The notes below the pieces were generated by a model. The model worked only from the letters and a program-made list of their open reading frames with translations. It made no database searches and was not told where the DNA came from. Made by a program: the position numbers and the translations under genes. Source: Acidimicrobiales bacterium (GTDB taxonomy: Bacteria > Actinomycetota > Acidimicrobiia > Acidimicrobiales > Bin134). Taken from it: a stretch of 64,000 bases of DNA. Below are positions 24,955-32,793 of the stretch, piece after piece (positions within the stretch are counted from its first letter, which is position 1; each line of letters begins with the position of its first letter). The stretch lies in NCBI GenBank assembly GCA_965231915.1, contig OZ246892.1, forward strand, positions 1,092,514 to 1,156,513, in the 5' to 3' direction.

Positions 24955-25892
24955 GGGCTTGGGTTGTGCGCGCTGGCAAGAAGGGAGAACAGGTTGCTCA
25001 CAACCTCCAACACGGTGTGGCGAGTATCGGTTGGAACGAGTGTGCTGCCCCAGACCTCTTATCATTTGCGGGCAGGAAAGCCTATGGGGAGTACATCGAG
25101 CGGGACTTCCAGCACGAAAAACCCAGCGAAAGAGAAAGCTCCCGTGATCAAATTTGGTGCTTCTACCACGAAATCAGCGTGGGCGACCTCGTGGTCCTGC
25201 CATTGAAGAACCACGGCACCGCCGAGGACTGGATCGCTATCGGCCGAGTGGCCAGCGCAGCAGCCTTCGACCCATCCCGACCCCAAGGTGGCCTTCACCA
25301 CCGATCTGTCCGGTGGCTGGCATCAAGTGTTCCCAAGTCTGCTGCGCCCAAAGACCTGCAAAACTCAATCGTGTACTCGCGTAGGACCGTCTCCGAGCCG
25401 AAGGCTAGGGAAGCATCCCGCATAATCCAGGACTTGGCCGACGAGCATTTCGACGCTGCACCAGATGATGCCCAAGACATTGAACATGACCCAGGCAACC
25501 ATCAGTTTTTCGCCCTATCCGGCGACGAGGCTGGTGCATTCGACGAGGACGGCAGATTCGTAGAAGGGGCCACTAAGAAGGTCCCAGTTGTCGTGTACGA
25601 GAGGGACCCGGAAGCCCGCCGGATTTGCGTCAAGCATCATGGCGCGAAGTGCCAAGTCTGCGGCATCGACTTAGGAGAAGAATACGGGGACTTCGCAAAC
25701 GGCTTCATCCATGTCCACCACAAGACCCCGGTGGCCCGAGCAGCCAAAGACGGCGAATACAGGTTGGACCCGGCAAGAGACCTCGTTCCGGTGTGCCCGA
25801 ACTGCCACGCGATGCTCCACCGCCACGACGACAAACCCTGCACCGTGGAAACGCTGAAAGCCATTAGGGAGTCTCGGCAACAGACCGGCTAG
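24951..25892 (+). CDS. HNH endonuclease with uncharacterised ~170-aa N-terminal domain
   Basis: C-terminal CQVCG...HVHHKTP...CPNCHAMLH (HNH/ββα-Me with Cys4). N-terminal RAWVVRAGKKGE...IGW...GDLVVLP...IAIGRV module. Visibly lower GC. Confidence 0.75.
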   Translation: MRAWVVRAGKKGEQVAHNLQHGVASIGWNECAAPDLLSFAGRKAYGEYIERDFQHEKPSERESSRDQIWCFYHEISVGDLVVLPLKNHGTAEDWIAIGRVASAAAFDPSRPQGGLHHRSVRWLASSVPKSAAPKDLQNSIVYSRRTVSEPKAREASRIIQDLADEHFDAAPDDAQDIEHDPGNHQFFALSGDEAGAFDEDGRFVEGATKKVPVVVYERDPEARRICVKHHGAKCQVCGIDLGEEYGDFANGFIHVHHKTPVARAAKDGEYRLDPARDLVPVCPNCHAMLHRHDDKPCTVETLKAIRESRQQTG

Positions 25893-26851
25893 AGACAACG
25901 ACCGCCCGATGAAGACCGGCGCTCTACTCGTGCCGGTGGGACCATGCTATGCGGCAGGTCCGACCCGGACGGCTGCCAGCACGCCTTTCCCGGCCATGCC
26001 GAACGGCTAGCCGGGGATGTGGCCACATGGTGCCACAGGGGGTTGGCGGGTTGGACAGACACAACTAGCGGCGCTGCTGCTCCCGCTCCTCCCACTCAGC
26101 GCCTTCGGTGTCGATCCACCAGCGGGCGTAACCGACAATCCAATCACTCATCGCCGCCGCCTTCTCCATCGGACCCGACAACCTCCACACAATCGCGCTC
26201 GCTGTGGCGGCGATCACAAGGCCGAGCACACAGCCGCCGACCACTCTCCAGCCACCCCGCCCACTAATCCCGCGAGTGCCGCATCCGCCAGCGCAGCCGC
26301 TACCAGCGAATCAGCCAGCCTTTGGCCGATAAGGAGGATGGGGACCACCAACAAGTCCCCGGCGGACAAGCATGGCGGTTGAGCTTCCCCCTAATCGTGG
26401 AGATGTTGTTTTTGAGGATCGGGGGTGTTGGCTTGGGCCTGCCTGTACGTTGCCATCACTCTCCTGCTCGGACTATGGAAAGTCGGCGAGTACATCGCGA
26501 TGGCCCGTCCCCGCGATTGCCCTATTGCTAGCGGTCCCAAGGACGCGGAGATGGCTCTCGGACGGACCGCAACGCTGGCAACCGATGAGGTGAGAGAGCG
26601 ATCCTCAAAGGCCCCGACTGCTCCGAAGCGTTGAGAACTCTTATTCCGTCGGGGTCTGGGCTGGGGGGTCTGAGCGGAGCTTGGAGATGGTGACGTGGGA
26701 GATGCCGGTGAGCTGGGGCTAGTTGGCGGCCGTTGGCTCCTGCGGCCAGTGCGGCGGCTAGTGCGGCGGTGAGGGCGTCGGTCTGGCGCTGGGCCGAGGT
26801 GCCCAACTGCCCCTGGTGCCACCGGGTGGATGCGGCGCGGGAGGGGCTGGC

Positions 26852-27280
26852 ATGACTGACGCCGAGCATGTGCTCTTGGGCCACTGGAAGTGCCCGGTCT
26901 GCGAAGCCTGGATCGCACAGGAGCGCGAGACAGTGAGGTGTGGGGCCTGCGAAACGCTGATCTGGGTCAGGGGCGACGCGATGAGGCTCACCCTTTCCTG
27001 GTCCGACAGCGGGGCCTGGCGCGAGGCACAGCGGGCGTGGGTCTTCGAACACCGCTGGCCCTGCGAGTGCCTGCCCCGCGAAGTCGGAGGGAGCCTTATC
27101 CGGAGATGCGTGTGCAGCGACCCTGAAGCCCACCTGGAAGGCCCTGCCAGCGTGCGACTTGCTCACCCGCCGCTTTCGGGCGGAGATGCTGTATGGTGTG
27201 ATCGTCGCAACCCGGCGTGGGCTGCGGCTGCGATGGTGACTCCTTGTCGCTGGCGTTGTCGTAGCGGGTCGGTGCCTTGA
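26852..27280 (+). CDS. hypothetical Zn-ribbon protein
   Basis: CPVCEAW-N11-CGACETL CxxC pair; no family recognised; may be spurious. Confidence 0.3.
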   Translation: MTDAEHVLLGHWKCPVCEAWIAQERETVRCGACETLIWVRGDAMRLTLSWSDSGAWREAQRAWVFEHRWPCECLPREVGGSLIRRCVCSDPEAHLEGPASVRLAHPPLSGGDAVWCDRRNPAWAAAAMVTPCRWRCRSGSVP

Positions 27281-27454
27281 GGGCGGGTCGGTGAGGATCC
27301 GGGGGGTTTCTCGAGCGATGTGGTGATTGAGGCAGCGGGTGATCTCTTTGGCGGATTTCCCCTCGGCTCGTCTGCGTTGTGTGTAGGCGATGGTTTGGGG
27401 GTCGGTGCGCCGCCTTGTGATGGCGGTGCGCCGCTGGGCGTTGGCGAGCTCTAT
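27281..27454 (-). pseudogene. C-terminal remnant of an IS110-family transposase
   Basis: ...RRTAITRRRTDPQTIAYTQRRRAEGKSAKEITRCLNHHIARE resembles the conserved IS110 C-terminal tail (..YY.R..AEGKS.KEALRCLKR.LAR). No N-terminal DEDD domain. Confidence 0.45.
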
Positions 27455-28083
27455 TGGTGACCGCCTAGTTCTTCGAGCCTTGTACGGGCTAGGTGTTCGA
27501 GGCGGCGGGCTTGTATCCACATTGTCCGTCGGATGCCGTGGCTGACCTGTCGCTCGCTGATGACGCGGGCTAGGTCGGCGATGGTGCGCGCCCGGCGGGC
27601 TAGCCGCAGATCGGGGTGCTCGCGGCTTTCGCGGGCCTCGTTGGGCAGGACCGCTCCGCGCACCGACTGGGGCAGGTCGATCAGGTCGGTCTCGGCGATC
27701 TCGCCCTCGTTGAGCACCGCGTCGAACTTTGAGGCGGACAGCGCGTACTCGTACACGGTGTATTCCGCTCGGTCGAGGGTGTCGCCTGCGTCTTTGGGGT
27801 CCAGGTCCCAGAACGGCCACATCTCGATTTCTGCGACCTCGAACGGGTCGAGCACCCGCATGGCCACGGCGTCGGTTCGCTGGTTGGTGAGGTGGCGGCG
27901 GATTCGGGTGCGGAGCTTCTCTTTGGTTTGGCCGACGTAGATTGGCTCGCCGTCGTAGTCGATGAACAGGTACACGCCGCAGGTGCAGTCGCCCGCCTTT
28001 CGGCCCGCCGGGTCGACGGTGTCGAGCAGGCGTGTCACTCCCTCGTAGAGAGCGTCGACATCCGGCGGCGAGTCAGAGGTCAA
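27451..28083 (-). CDS. GIY-YIG nuclease-domain protein (210 aa)
   Basis: GVYLFIDYDGEPIYVGQT, LRTRIRRH, EVAEIEMW. TTG start overlaps the methyltransferase TGA (TTGA). The Arg-rich upstream part of ORF 27451-28479 is out-of-frame MTase sequence. Confidence 0.7.
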   Translation of the reverse strand: MTSDSPPDVDALYEGVTRLLDTVDPAGRKAGDCTCGVYLFIDYDGEPIYVGQTKEKLRTRIRRHLTNQRTDAVAMRVLDPFEVAEIEMWPFWDLDPKDAGDTLDRAEYTVYEYALSASKFDAVLNEGEIAETDLIDLPQSVRGAVLPNEARESREHPDLRLARRARTIADLARVISERQVSHGIRRTMWIQARRLEHLARTRLEELGGHQ

Positions 28084-29054
28084 GCCGCCAGCCTCAACAG
28101 CCAGTTGTGGCCGAGCCACTCGATGACCGGCACGCACACCGCGTCGCCGAGCGCGAACATGGCTTGGCGCTCCGACACGGCACCGTACGCGAGGTCTTCG
28201 GCTCCTTGCAGGCGGGCGTAGTCGTCGACGCCCATCCAGCGCACATCGAACCCGCCGCGTCCCACGCGCACCAGGGCTTGTCGCGACGATCCTCCTCTGG
28301 TGGTGCGCAGCGCTCCGGCGATCTCGTCGCTGCGGACCTCCCACACGGCCCGGCCGTTGCGGGTGCGCCGGTACGCGCCGAGGAACCTCAGCCGGTCGTC
28401 GCCGCGCCATGTCTCGACGCGCTCGCGCTGCAACGGCGACAGGGACTCCAAAAAGGCGTCGCACCGGTCGGGCGGCCACCAGTCGCCGTCGGCACCGGCC
28501 ACATCGGCCAGCCGCAGCGAAGTGGCGCCGGGGACTTCTGGCAGCAGAGGCTGCTGGCCGAGCGCGCCGAGCAGGAACACGCGGGCCCTGCTCTGGGGCA
28601 GAAACGTCGAAGCGTTCACGACGGTGGAATTCACCGTGTAGCCGAGGGATTCGAGCATCTCTACCACCAAAGCGAAGTCCCGGCCGTCGTTGACGGTGGC
28701 AAAGCCCGGCACGTTCTCGACGATCACAGCCCTGGGTCGCCGTTCGCCCATCTCAAAGAGGATGCGGCAGAACTCGGTGATCAGACTGGAATGCTCCCCG
28801 GCGAGGCCCGCGAGGTTACCGGCCAAAGACATGTCCACACACGGGAACGAGGCGGTGGCGATCTCAGCGTCGGGGACATCTTCCCCGCGCAGCCTGCGGA
28901 TGTCCTCCACCACCAGCTCGCCGCCGCCCCAGTTGGCACGGTACAAAGCGGCCTTGGTCGCGTCGATGTCGTTCGCGAACACCGTCGTCACCCCTACCCG
29001 CTCCAAGCCCGCCCGCATCAGGCCCATACCGGCGAAGAACTCAGCGGCCCTCAT
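28080..29054 (-). CDS. DNA (cytosine-5) methyltransferase
   Basis: Motif I FFAGMGLM, IV SFPCVDMS, VI VIVENVPGF, VIII QSRARVFL, X GDAVCVPV. Confidence 0.85.
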   Translation of the reverse strand: MRAAEFFAGMGLMRAGLERVGVTTVFANDIDATKAALYRANWGGGELVVEDIRRLRGEDVPDAEIATASFPCVDMSLAGNLAGLAGEHSSLITEFCRILFEMGERRPRAVIVENVPGFATVNDGRDFALVVEMLESLGYTVNSTVVNASTFLPQSRARVFLLGALGQQPLLPEVPGATSLRLADVAGADGDWWPPDRCDAFLESLSPLQRERVETWRGDDRLRFLGAYRRTRNGRAVWEVRSDEIAGALRTTRGGSSRQALVRVGRGGFDVRWMGVDDYARLQGAEDLAYGAVSERQAMFALGDAVCVPVIEWLGHNWLLRLAA

Positions 29055-29251
29055 CGCGCAACCAAGTCTCGCCACCAGAGCCGCCCGCCGGCCATCTGGG
29101 CTGCTGTCGCGCGGACCCCGCCGCCGCGCAACCAGCACCGTCTGGCGAACTGGGCCTCAGCGGTGTCGTCGTTGGAGAACATCATGGGCTGTAGGGCGAA
29201 AAACGAGTCTCCACGGCTGTGTCTGTCGAAGGCGTGCTTCATCACGAACAT
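29051..29251 (-). CDS. small hypothetical ORF ATGA-coupled to the methyltransferase
   Basis: 66 codons, stop overlaps MTase ATG; weak RBS; no recognisable motif. Confidence 0.25.
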   Translation of the reverse strand: MFVMKHAFDRHSRGDSFFALQPMMFSNDDTAEAQFARRCWLRGGGVRATAAQMAGGRLWWRDLVAR

Positions 29252-29411
29252 ACCGTACAAAAGGGGTGTGACATGGTGATGGCCACCCCCAGCCCGGCAC
29301 CGGCGGCCACCGCACCCGAACAGGGCTGGGGGTCCCGCGCGGTCGCCGGGGCACGCGGACACAGGGGATATTCGCTGGCGCGCTGTTTGTCGGAGGTGCG
29401 ACGGTGGTCCG

Positions 29412-29722
29412 GTGGGCCGGTGGTACACGTCCGACCAGCATTTCGGGCACGACAACATCATCGGATACTGCGGGCGCCCGTTCGCCGATGCCGATGCCAT
29501 GGACAAAGAGATGGTCGCCACGACATGAAGTACGACCAATGGCACCCCCGAGACGACGGGGACTGGCTGCTTCACGGCCACGTCCACGAGAAATGGTGCC
29601 AACAACACCGGCAGATCAACGTCGGCGTCGACGCCTGGCGCTTCGCCCCCGTCCCCGAGGACACCATCGCCGACCTCATCACAAAAGGCCCATCGAACAC
29701 CCCCATCCCCGACTACGCGTGA
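29412..29722 (+). pseudogene. metallophosphoesterase remnant (internal deletion + frameshift)
   Basis: N-terminal WYTSDQHFGHDNIIGYCGRPF...MDKEMVA ends at TGA 29526. The C-terminal WLLHGHVHEKW...INVGVDAWRFAPV continues in another frame. The GNHD-containing middle is absent. Confidence 0.5.
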
Positions 29723-29963
29723 GTTCGTCGCCGTCAGCGGCTTGCCGATTGCGTCTGAGCCGCCGACCGGCCGAACTCTAACCGCCCCGCGAGATCGACG
29801 GTACAAGAGCCCCGGTCTGGCCGGCCACAGCGTCCCACAGCCCGCGATGGCATTGACGGGAAAGCAGACCGCCCGGCGGGCCTAGACGGACTGCCCTTCT
29901 CGGTCGAAGACGCGGTGGCCACCTGATCATCGCAGCCGCCCAAACAGGGGACACAAAGAGGCT

Positions 29964-30012
29964 GCGACCGCTAGCGACCGGTGTGGGGTTGGCTTGCGAC
30001 CGGTTGCGACCG
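29964..30012 (+). promoter_or_regulatory. four GCGACCG heptamers in two 10-bp-spaced pairs upstream of AlpA copy 2
   Basis: GCGACCGctaGCGACCGGTGTGGGGT ... GCGACCGgttGCGACCGGTGGGGTGT, ending 25 nt before ATG 30037. Confidence 0.4.
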
Positions 30013-30036
30013 GTGGGGTGTCGCATAGTGGCGGGC

Positions 30037-30315
30037 ATGGAAACCAACATTCGAGAACAGCACGACACCTTGTTGACCCGACCGCAGGTCGAGGCCCGCT
30101 GCGGGCTGTCCAGGAGCTCGGTTTACCGGCTGATGCGCGAGGGCCTGTTCCCCGAGCCGATCCGCGTCGGCCGGCGCGCCGTGCGCTGGCCCGCATCGGA
30201 GATCGACGAATGGCTCGCCACCCGGCCCCGGGCCACCGCCCCGCCGCTTAGACCGCCGGTCGAACACACAAGGTCTCGCTTCCGACCGACGGGCACCTCC
30301 AAGACCATGGCATGA
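30037..30315 (+). CDS. AlpA/Xis-like MerR-type DNA-binding protein (copy 2)
   Basis: LLTRPQVEARCGLSRSSVYRLMREGLFPEPIRVGRRAVRWPASEIDEWL. Confidence 0.75.
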   Translation: METNIREQHDTLLTRPQVEARCGLSRSSVYRLMREGLFPEPIRVGRRAVRWPASEIDEWLATRPRATAPPLRPPVEHTRSRFRPTGTSKTMA

Positions 30316-30416
30316 CTAGGCACAGTATAACAGCCTGAAGTGACAGAAACCCTCGTTACGCTGGGGATTTAGGGCACACTTGGGAACATCCGGCAAGGGC
30401 GAAGAACCGTGATTAG

Positions 30417-30489
30417 TACCCCCAACGGGATTCGAACCCGTGTTACCGCCTTGAAAGGGCGGCGTCCTAGGCCGCTGGACGATGGGGGC
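30417..30489 (-). tRNA. tRNA-Glu (TTC)
   Basis: Acceptor GCCCCCA/TGGGGGT (G1-U72), anticodon stem CCGCC/GGCGG with loop CUUUCAA, T-arm ACGGG-UUCGAAU-CCCGU. The last 20 nt form att-like repeat copy 2. Confidence 0.9.
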
Positions 30490-30586
30490 TCTCGACCCGC
30501 AAGGGACGAATCACGATAGCAGCCCTCTTTGGAGGAACCGCATCGAAAAACAGATACCATGATCCCAACCGCGAAAGGAGCATGAG

Positions 30587-31051
30587 GTGGAGAACGAAGT
30601 CTGGCGCTGGCTTTGGACGTGCTCCGCGGTGGTCTTTTCGCTGGCCGAGGTGTTCACCGCCGGGTTCTTCCTGCTTCCCTTCGCCATCGGCGCGGCCGCG
30701 GCGGCGGTTTTGGCCTGGGTGGACGCCCACATCCTGTTGCAGTGGTTGGTCTTTTTTGTGGGCAGCGCCGTCAGCTTTGTCTACTTGCGCCGGTTCGTCC
30801 GTCGCCTCGACGACGATGAGCAGCCCCGGGTAGGGGCCAACCGGCTCATTGACGCCCATGGCAAGATCATCGAGCGGGTGGACGACGACGCGCAGACCGG
30901 CATGGTGCGCATCGGGGGCGAGGAATGGCGGGCCTCTTCGGCTGAACCTATTGAAGTCGACACCAGGGTCATGGTCACCGAAATCGACGGCACTCGCCTG
31001 GTGGTGGTTCCAATTCCCCAAGAGCAAACAACTGAGAACGCAGAAAGCTAG
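30587..31051 (+). CDS. NfeD-family membrane protein
   Basis: Two or three N-terminal TM spans plus a C-terminal OB-like domain (MVRIGGEEWRA...VMVTEIDGTRLVV); GTG start after AGGAG. Confidence 0.75.
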   Translation: MENEVWRWLWTCSAVVFSLAEVFTAGFFLLPFAIGAAAAAVLAWVDAHILLQWLVFFVGSAVSFVYLRRFVRRLDDDEQPRVGANRLIDAHGKIIERVDDDAQTGMVRIGGEEWRASSAEPIEVDTRVMVTEIDGTRLVVVPIPQEQTTENAES

Positions 31052-31060
31052 GAAATAGTT

Positions 31061-32005
31061 ATGGAACCAGTCGTCGCCCTATTCATCATCATCGCGCTGG
31101 TGCTCATCCTCATCGCCGCGCTGGGAATCCGGATCATCCGCCCCTTTGAGCGGGGTCTTATCGAGATGCTGGGCCGCTACCAGCGCACGGTGGACTCGGG
31201 CCTGAGGTGGATCCTCCCGTTCGTGCAACGCATCAGCAAGGTCGACATGCGGGAGCGGGTCATCGACGTGCCCCCCCAAGAGGTCATCACCAAAGACAAC
31301 GTGGTGGTCACTGTCGACGCGGTGATCTTCTTCGAGGCCACCGACCCGGTGAAGCTCAAGTACAACGTGGGCAATTTCCAGTTGGCGGTCACCAAGCTGG
31401 CCCAAACCAACCTGCGTAACGTGATCGGCGACCTCGATCTCGACGCCGCCCTCACCTCCCGGGAGCTGATCAACGGCAAGCTGCGCCAGATCCTCGACGA
31501 CGCCACCGACAAGTGGGGGACCCGAGTGGTGCGAGTAGAGATCCAGCGCATCGAGCCGCCGCCCGACGTCACCGAAGCCATGCACCGTCAGATGAAGGCC
31601 GAGCGCGACCGCCGGGCCATCGTCACCGAGGCCGAGGGCGACAAGCGGTCGGCCATCTTGCGCTCCGAGGGCCTCAAGCAGAGCCAGATCTTGGAGGCCG
31701 AGGGCGAGGCTGAGGCCATCAAGCGGGTGGCTGACGCCGACCGCTATCAGAAGGAGACCGTGGCCCAAGGCGAGGCCAACGCCATCGAGTCGGTGTTCGG
31801 CGCCATCCACAACGGCGACCCCACCCCCGACCTGATTGCCATCCGCTATCTCGAAGCCCTCCAAGAGGTGGCCGACGGCCAAGCCACCAAGATCTTCCTG
31901 CCCCTCGACACCAGCGGCTTCACCAACGCGGTGGCCTCTTTATCGGAAATCGCTCGAGCCGGCCAGGGCGAACCGACCTCTCGACCAGCTGAGGATGGCG
32001 AATAG
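31061..32005 (+). CDS. SPFH/band-7 (stomatin-like) protein
   Basis: N-terminal [18 protein letters not shown], coiled [11 protein letters not shown] region; classic NfeD-SPFH pair. Confidence 0.85.
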   Translation: MEPVVALFIIIALVLILIAALGIRIIRPFERGLIEMLGRYQRTVDSGLRWILPFVQRISKVDMRERVIDVPPQEVITKDNVVVTVDAVIFFEATDPVKLKYNVGNFQLAVTKLAQTNLRNVIGDLDLDAALTSRELINGKLRQILDDATDKWGTRVVRVEIQRIEPPPDVTEAMHRQMKAERDRRAIVTEAEGDKRSAILRSEGLKQSQILEAEGEAEAIKRVADADRYQKETVAQGEANAIESVFGAIHNGDPTPDLIAIRYLEALQEVADGQATKIFLPLDTSGFTNAVASLSEIARAGQGEPTSRPAEDGE

Positions 32006-32485
32006 TCAGAGCTCGGAGGCCGATGCCTCCACCAAGTGCTCCAGCAGCCAGCCCAGGTACCAGTAGGCCGATCGAGCCACTGATTCGGGGTCGTCGCTAT
32101 CCATGTCGTCATCTAGTTCGTCGTCTTCAGTGACCTCTAGTCGAGTGCCCAGCACCAGCCGGAGGTCGTTTACAGCACCCATCCACGCGGCCAACTGGTC
32201 TTGATCCAAGACCGTCGCCTCGGCCAAGTCGGCGACGGCGTCCAATCGAGCCAGGCGCTTCGACACCAGCTCGTCCCGCACCATCTCCCGGAACTCGGCC
32301 TCGGCCTCGGGATCGTCGGGCCGAGCGGTGGGGAACAACCGCGTCAGGATCTCGTCGCCCGGGTCTTCAGCCAGCAGTGACCGCAGGTCAGGGACGATGG
32401 CGGCGATCAGCGCCCGCTCCTCGTCCCGCAGATTCAGGCTGAATGTCCCGTCCCCATTGGGCTCCACCGGTCGTTGCGGCGCCAT
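32006..32485 (-). CDS. DUF2017-family protein
   Basis: LFPTARPDDPEAEAEFREM, acidic C-terminus; TAATG junction with clpS, the usual actinobacterial ClpS-DUF2017 pair. Confidence 0.65.
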   Translation of the reverse strand: MAPQRPVEPNGDGTFSLNLRDEERALIAAIVPDLRSLLAEDPGDEILTRLFPTARPDDPEAEAEFREMVRDELVSKRLARLDAVADLAEATVLDQDQLAAWMGAVNDLRLVLGTRLEVTEDDELDDDMDSDDPESVARSAYWYLGWLLEHLVEASASEL

Positions 32486-32793
32486 TAGCTGTCGTGCTCC
32501 ATGGTGGCCCACAGGCCGTGCTCGTGCAGGCGAAATACGTCCATCTCCGCCTTCTCCAAGGGGCCGTCCGACACCACCGCCCGTCCCTTGTAGTGGACGT
32601 CCAGCATGAGCTGCGTGGCCTTCTCCTTGCTGTAGCCGAACAGCTTCTGGAACACGAAGGTCACATACGACATCAAATTGATGGGGTCATTCCACACGAT
32701 CACCTTCCACGGCCGGTCGGGCCGCACATCGGTGTCATCGTCGGGCTGTTTCACCTCGGCTGGGGCGATCTCAACGGGGGCAGGGGGGGTCAT
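32485..32793 (-). CDS. clpS: ATP-dependent Clp protease adaptor ClpS
   Basis: [46 protein letters not shown]; ATGA overlap with ctaA stop. Confidence 0.85.
   Translation of the reverse strand: MTPPAPVEIAPAEVKQPDDDTDVRPDRPWKVIVWNDPINLMSYVTFVFQKLFGYSKEKATQLMLDVHYKGRAVVSDGPLEKAEMDVFRLHEHGLWATMEHDS

Larger units (their letters stand above)
15963..30416. mobile_element. putative integrase-less genomic island inserted in tRNA-Glu
   Basis: Bounded by the 20-nt direct repeats. Splits an otherwise contiguous tRNA Glu-Asp-Phe cluster. Contains AlpA-like genes, TA, R-M-like genes and IS remnants. Confidence 0.55.

Noticed and set aside
26425-26634. 69-aa ORF with one hydrophobic segment
   Set aside because: It has a non-ATG start, no RBS and no motif, and lies in the decayed stretch. 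Support is insufficient for a feature.
26528-27820. 430-aa minus-strand ORF
   Set aside because: It is a chimera. The first ~120 codons are out-of-frame GIY-YIG sequence, the middle is the IS110 tail, and the rest is Arg/Pro-rich read-through. Only the IS110-like segment (27281-27454) is kept, as a pseudogene.
28084-28479. N-terminal 132-codon extension of the GIY-YIG ORF
   Set aside because: It is Arg-rich and lies entirely inside the MTase gene in another frame. A TTG at 28083 overlapping the MTase stop gives a sensible start just before the GIY-YIG domain.
28032-29279. 415-aa plus-strand ORF across the methyltransferase/GIY-YIG region
   Set aside because: It is antisense to a C5-MTase with all canonical motifs and has an Arg/Gly/Ala-rich composition.
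15963-30416. Search for the island's integrase (tyrosine recombinase R..HxxR..Y or serine recombinase N-terminal domain)
   Set aside because: No ORF in the six-frame track shows these motifs. Only a speculative HTH tail at 26641-26815 exists, so no integrase feature is reported.
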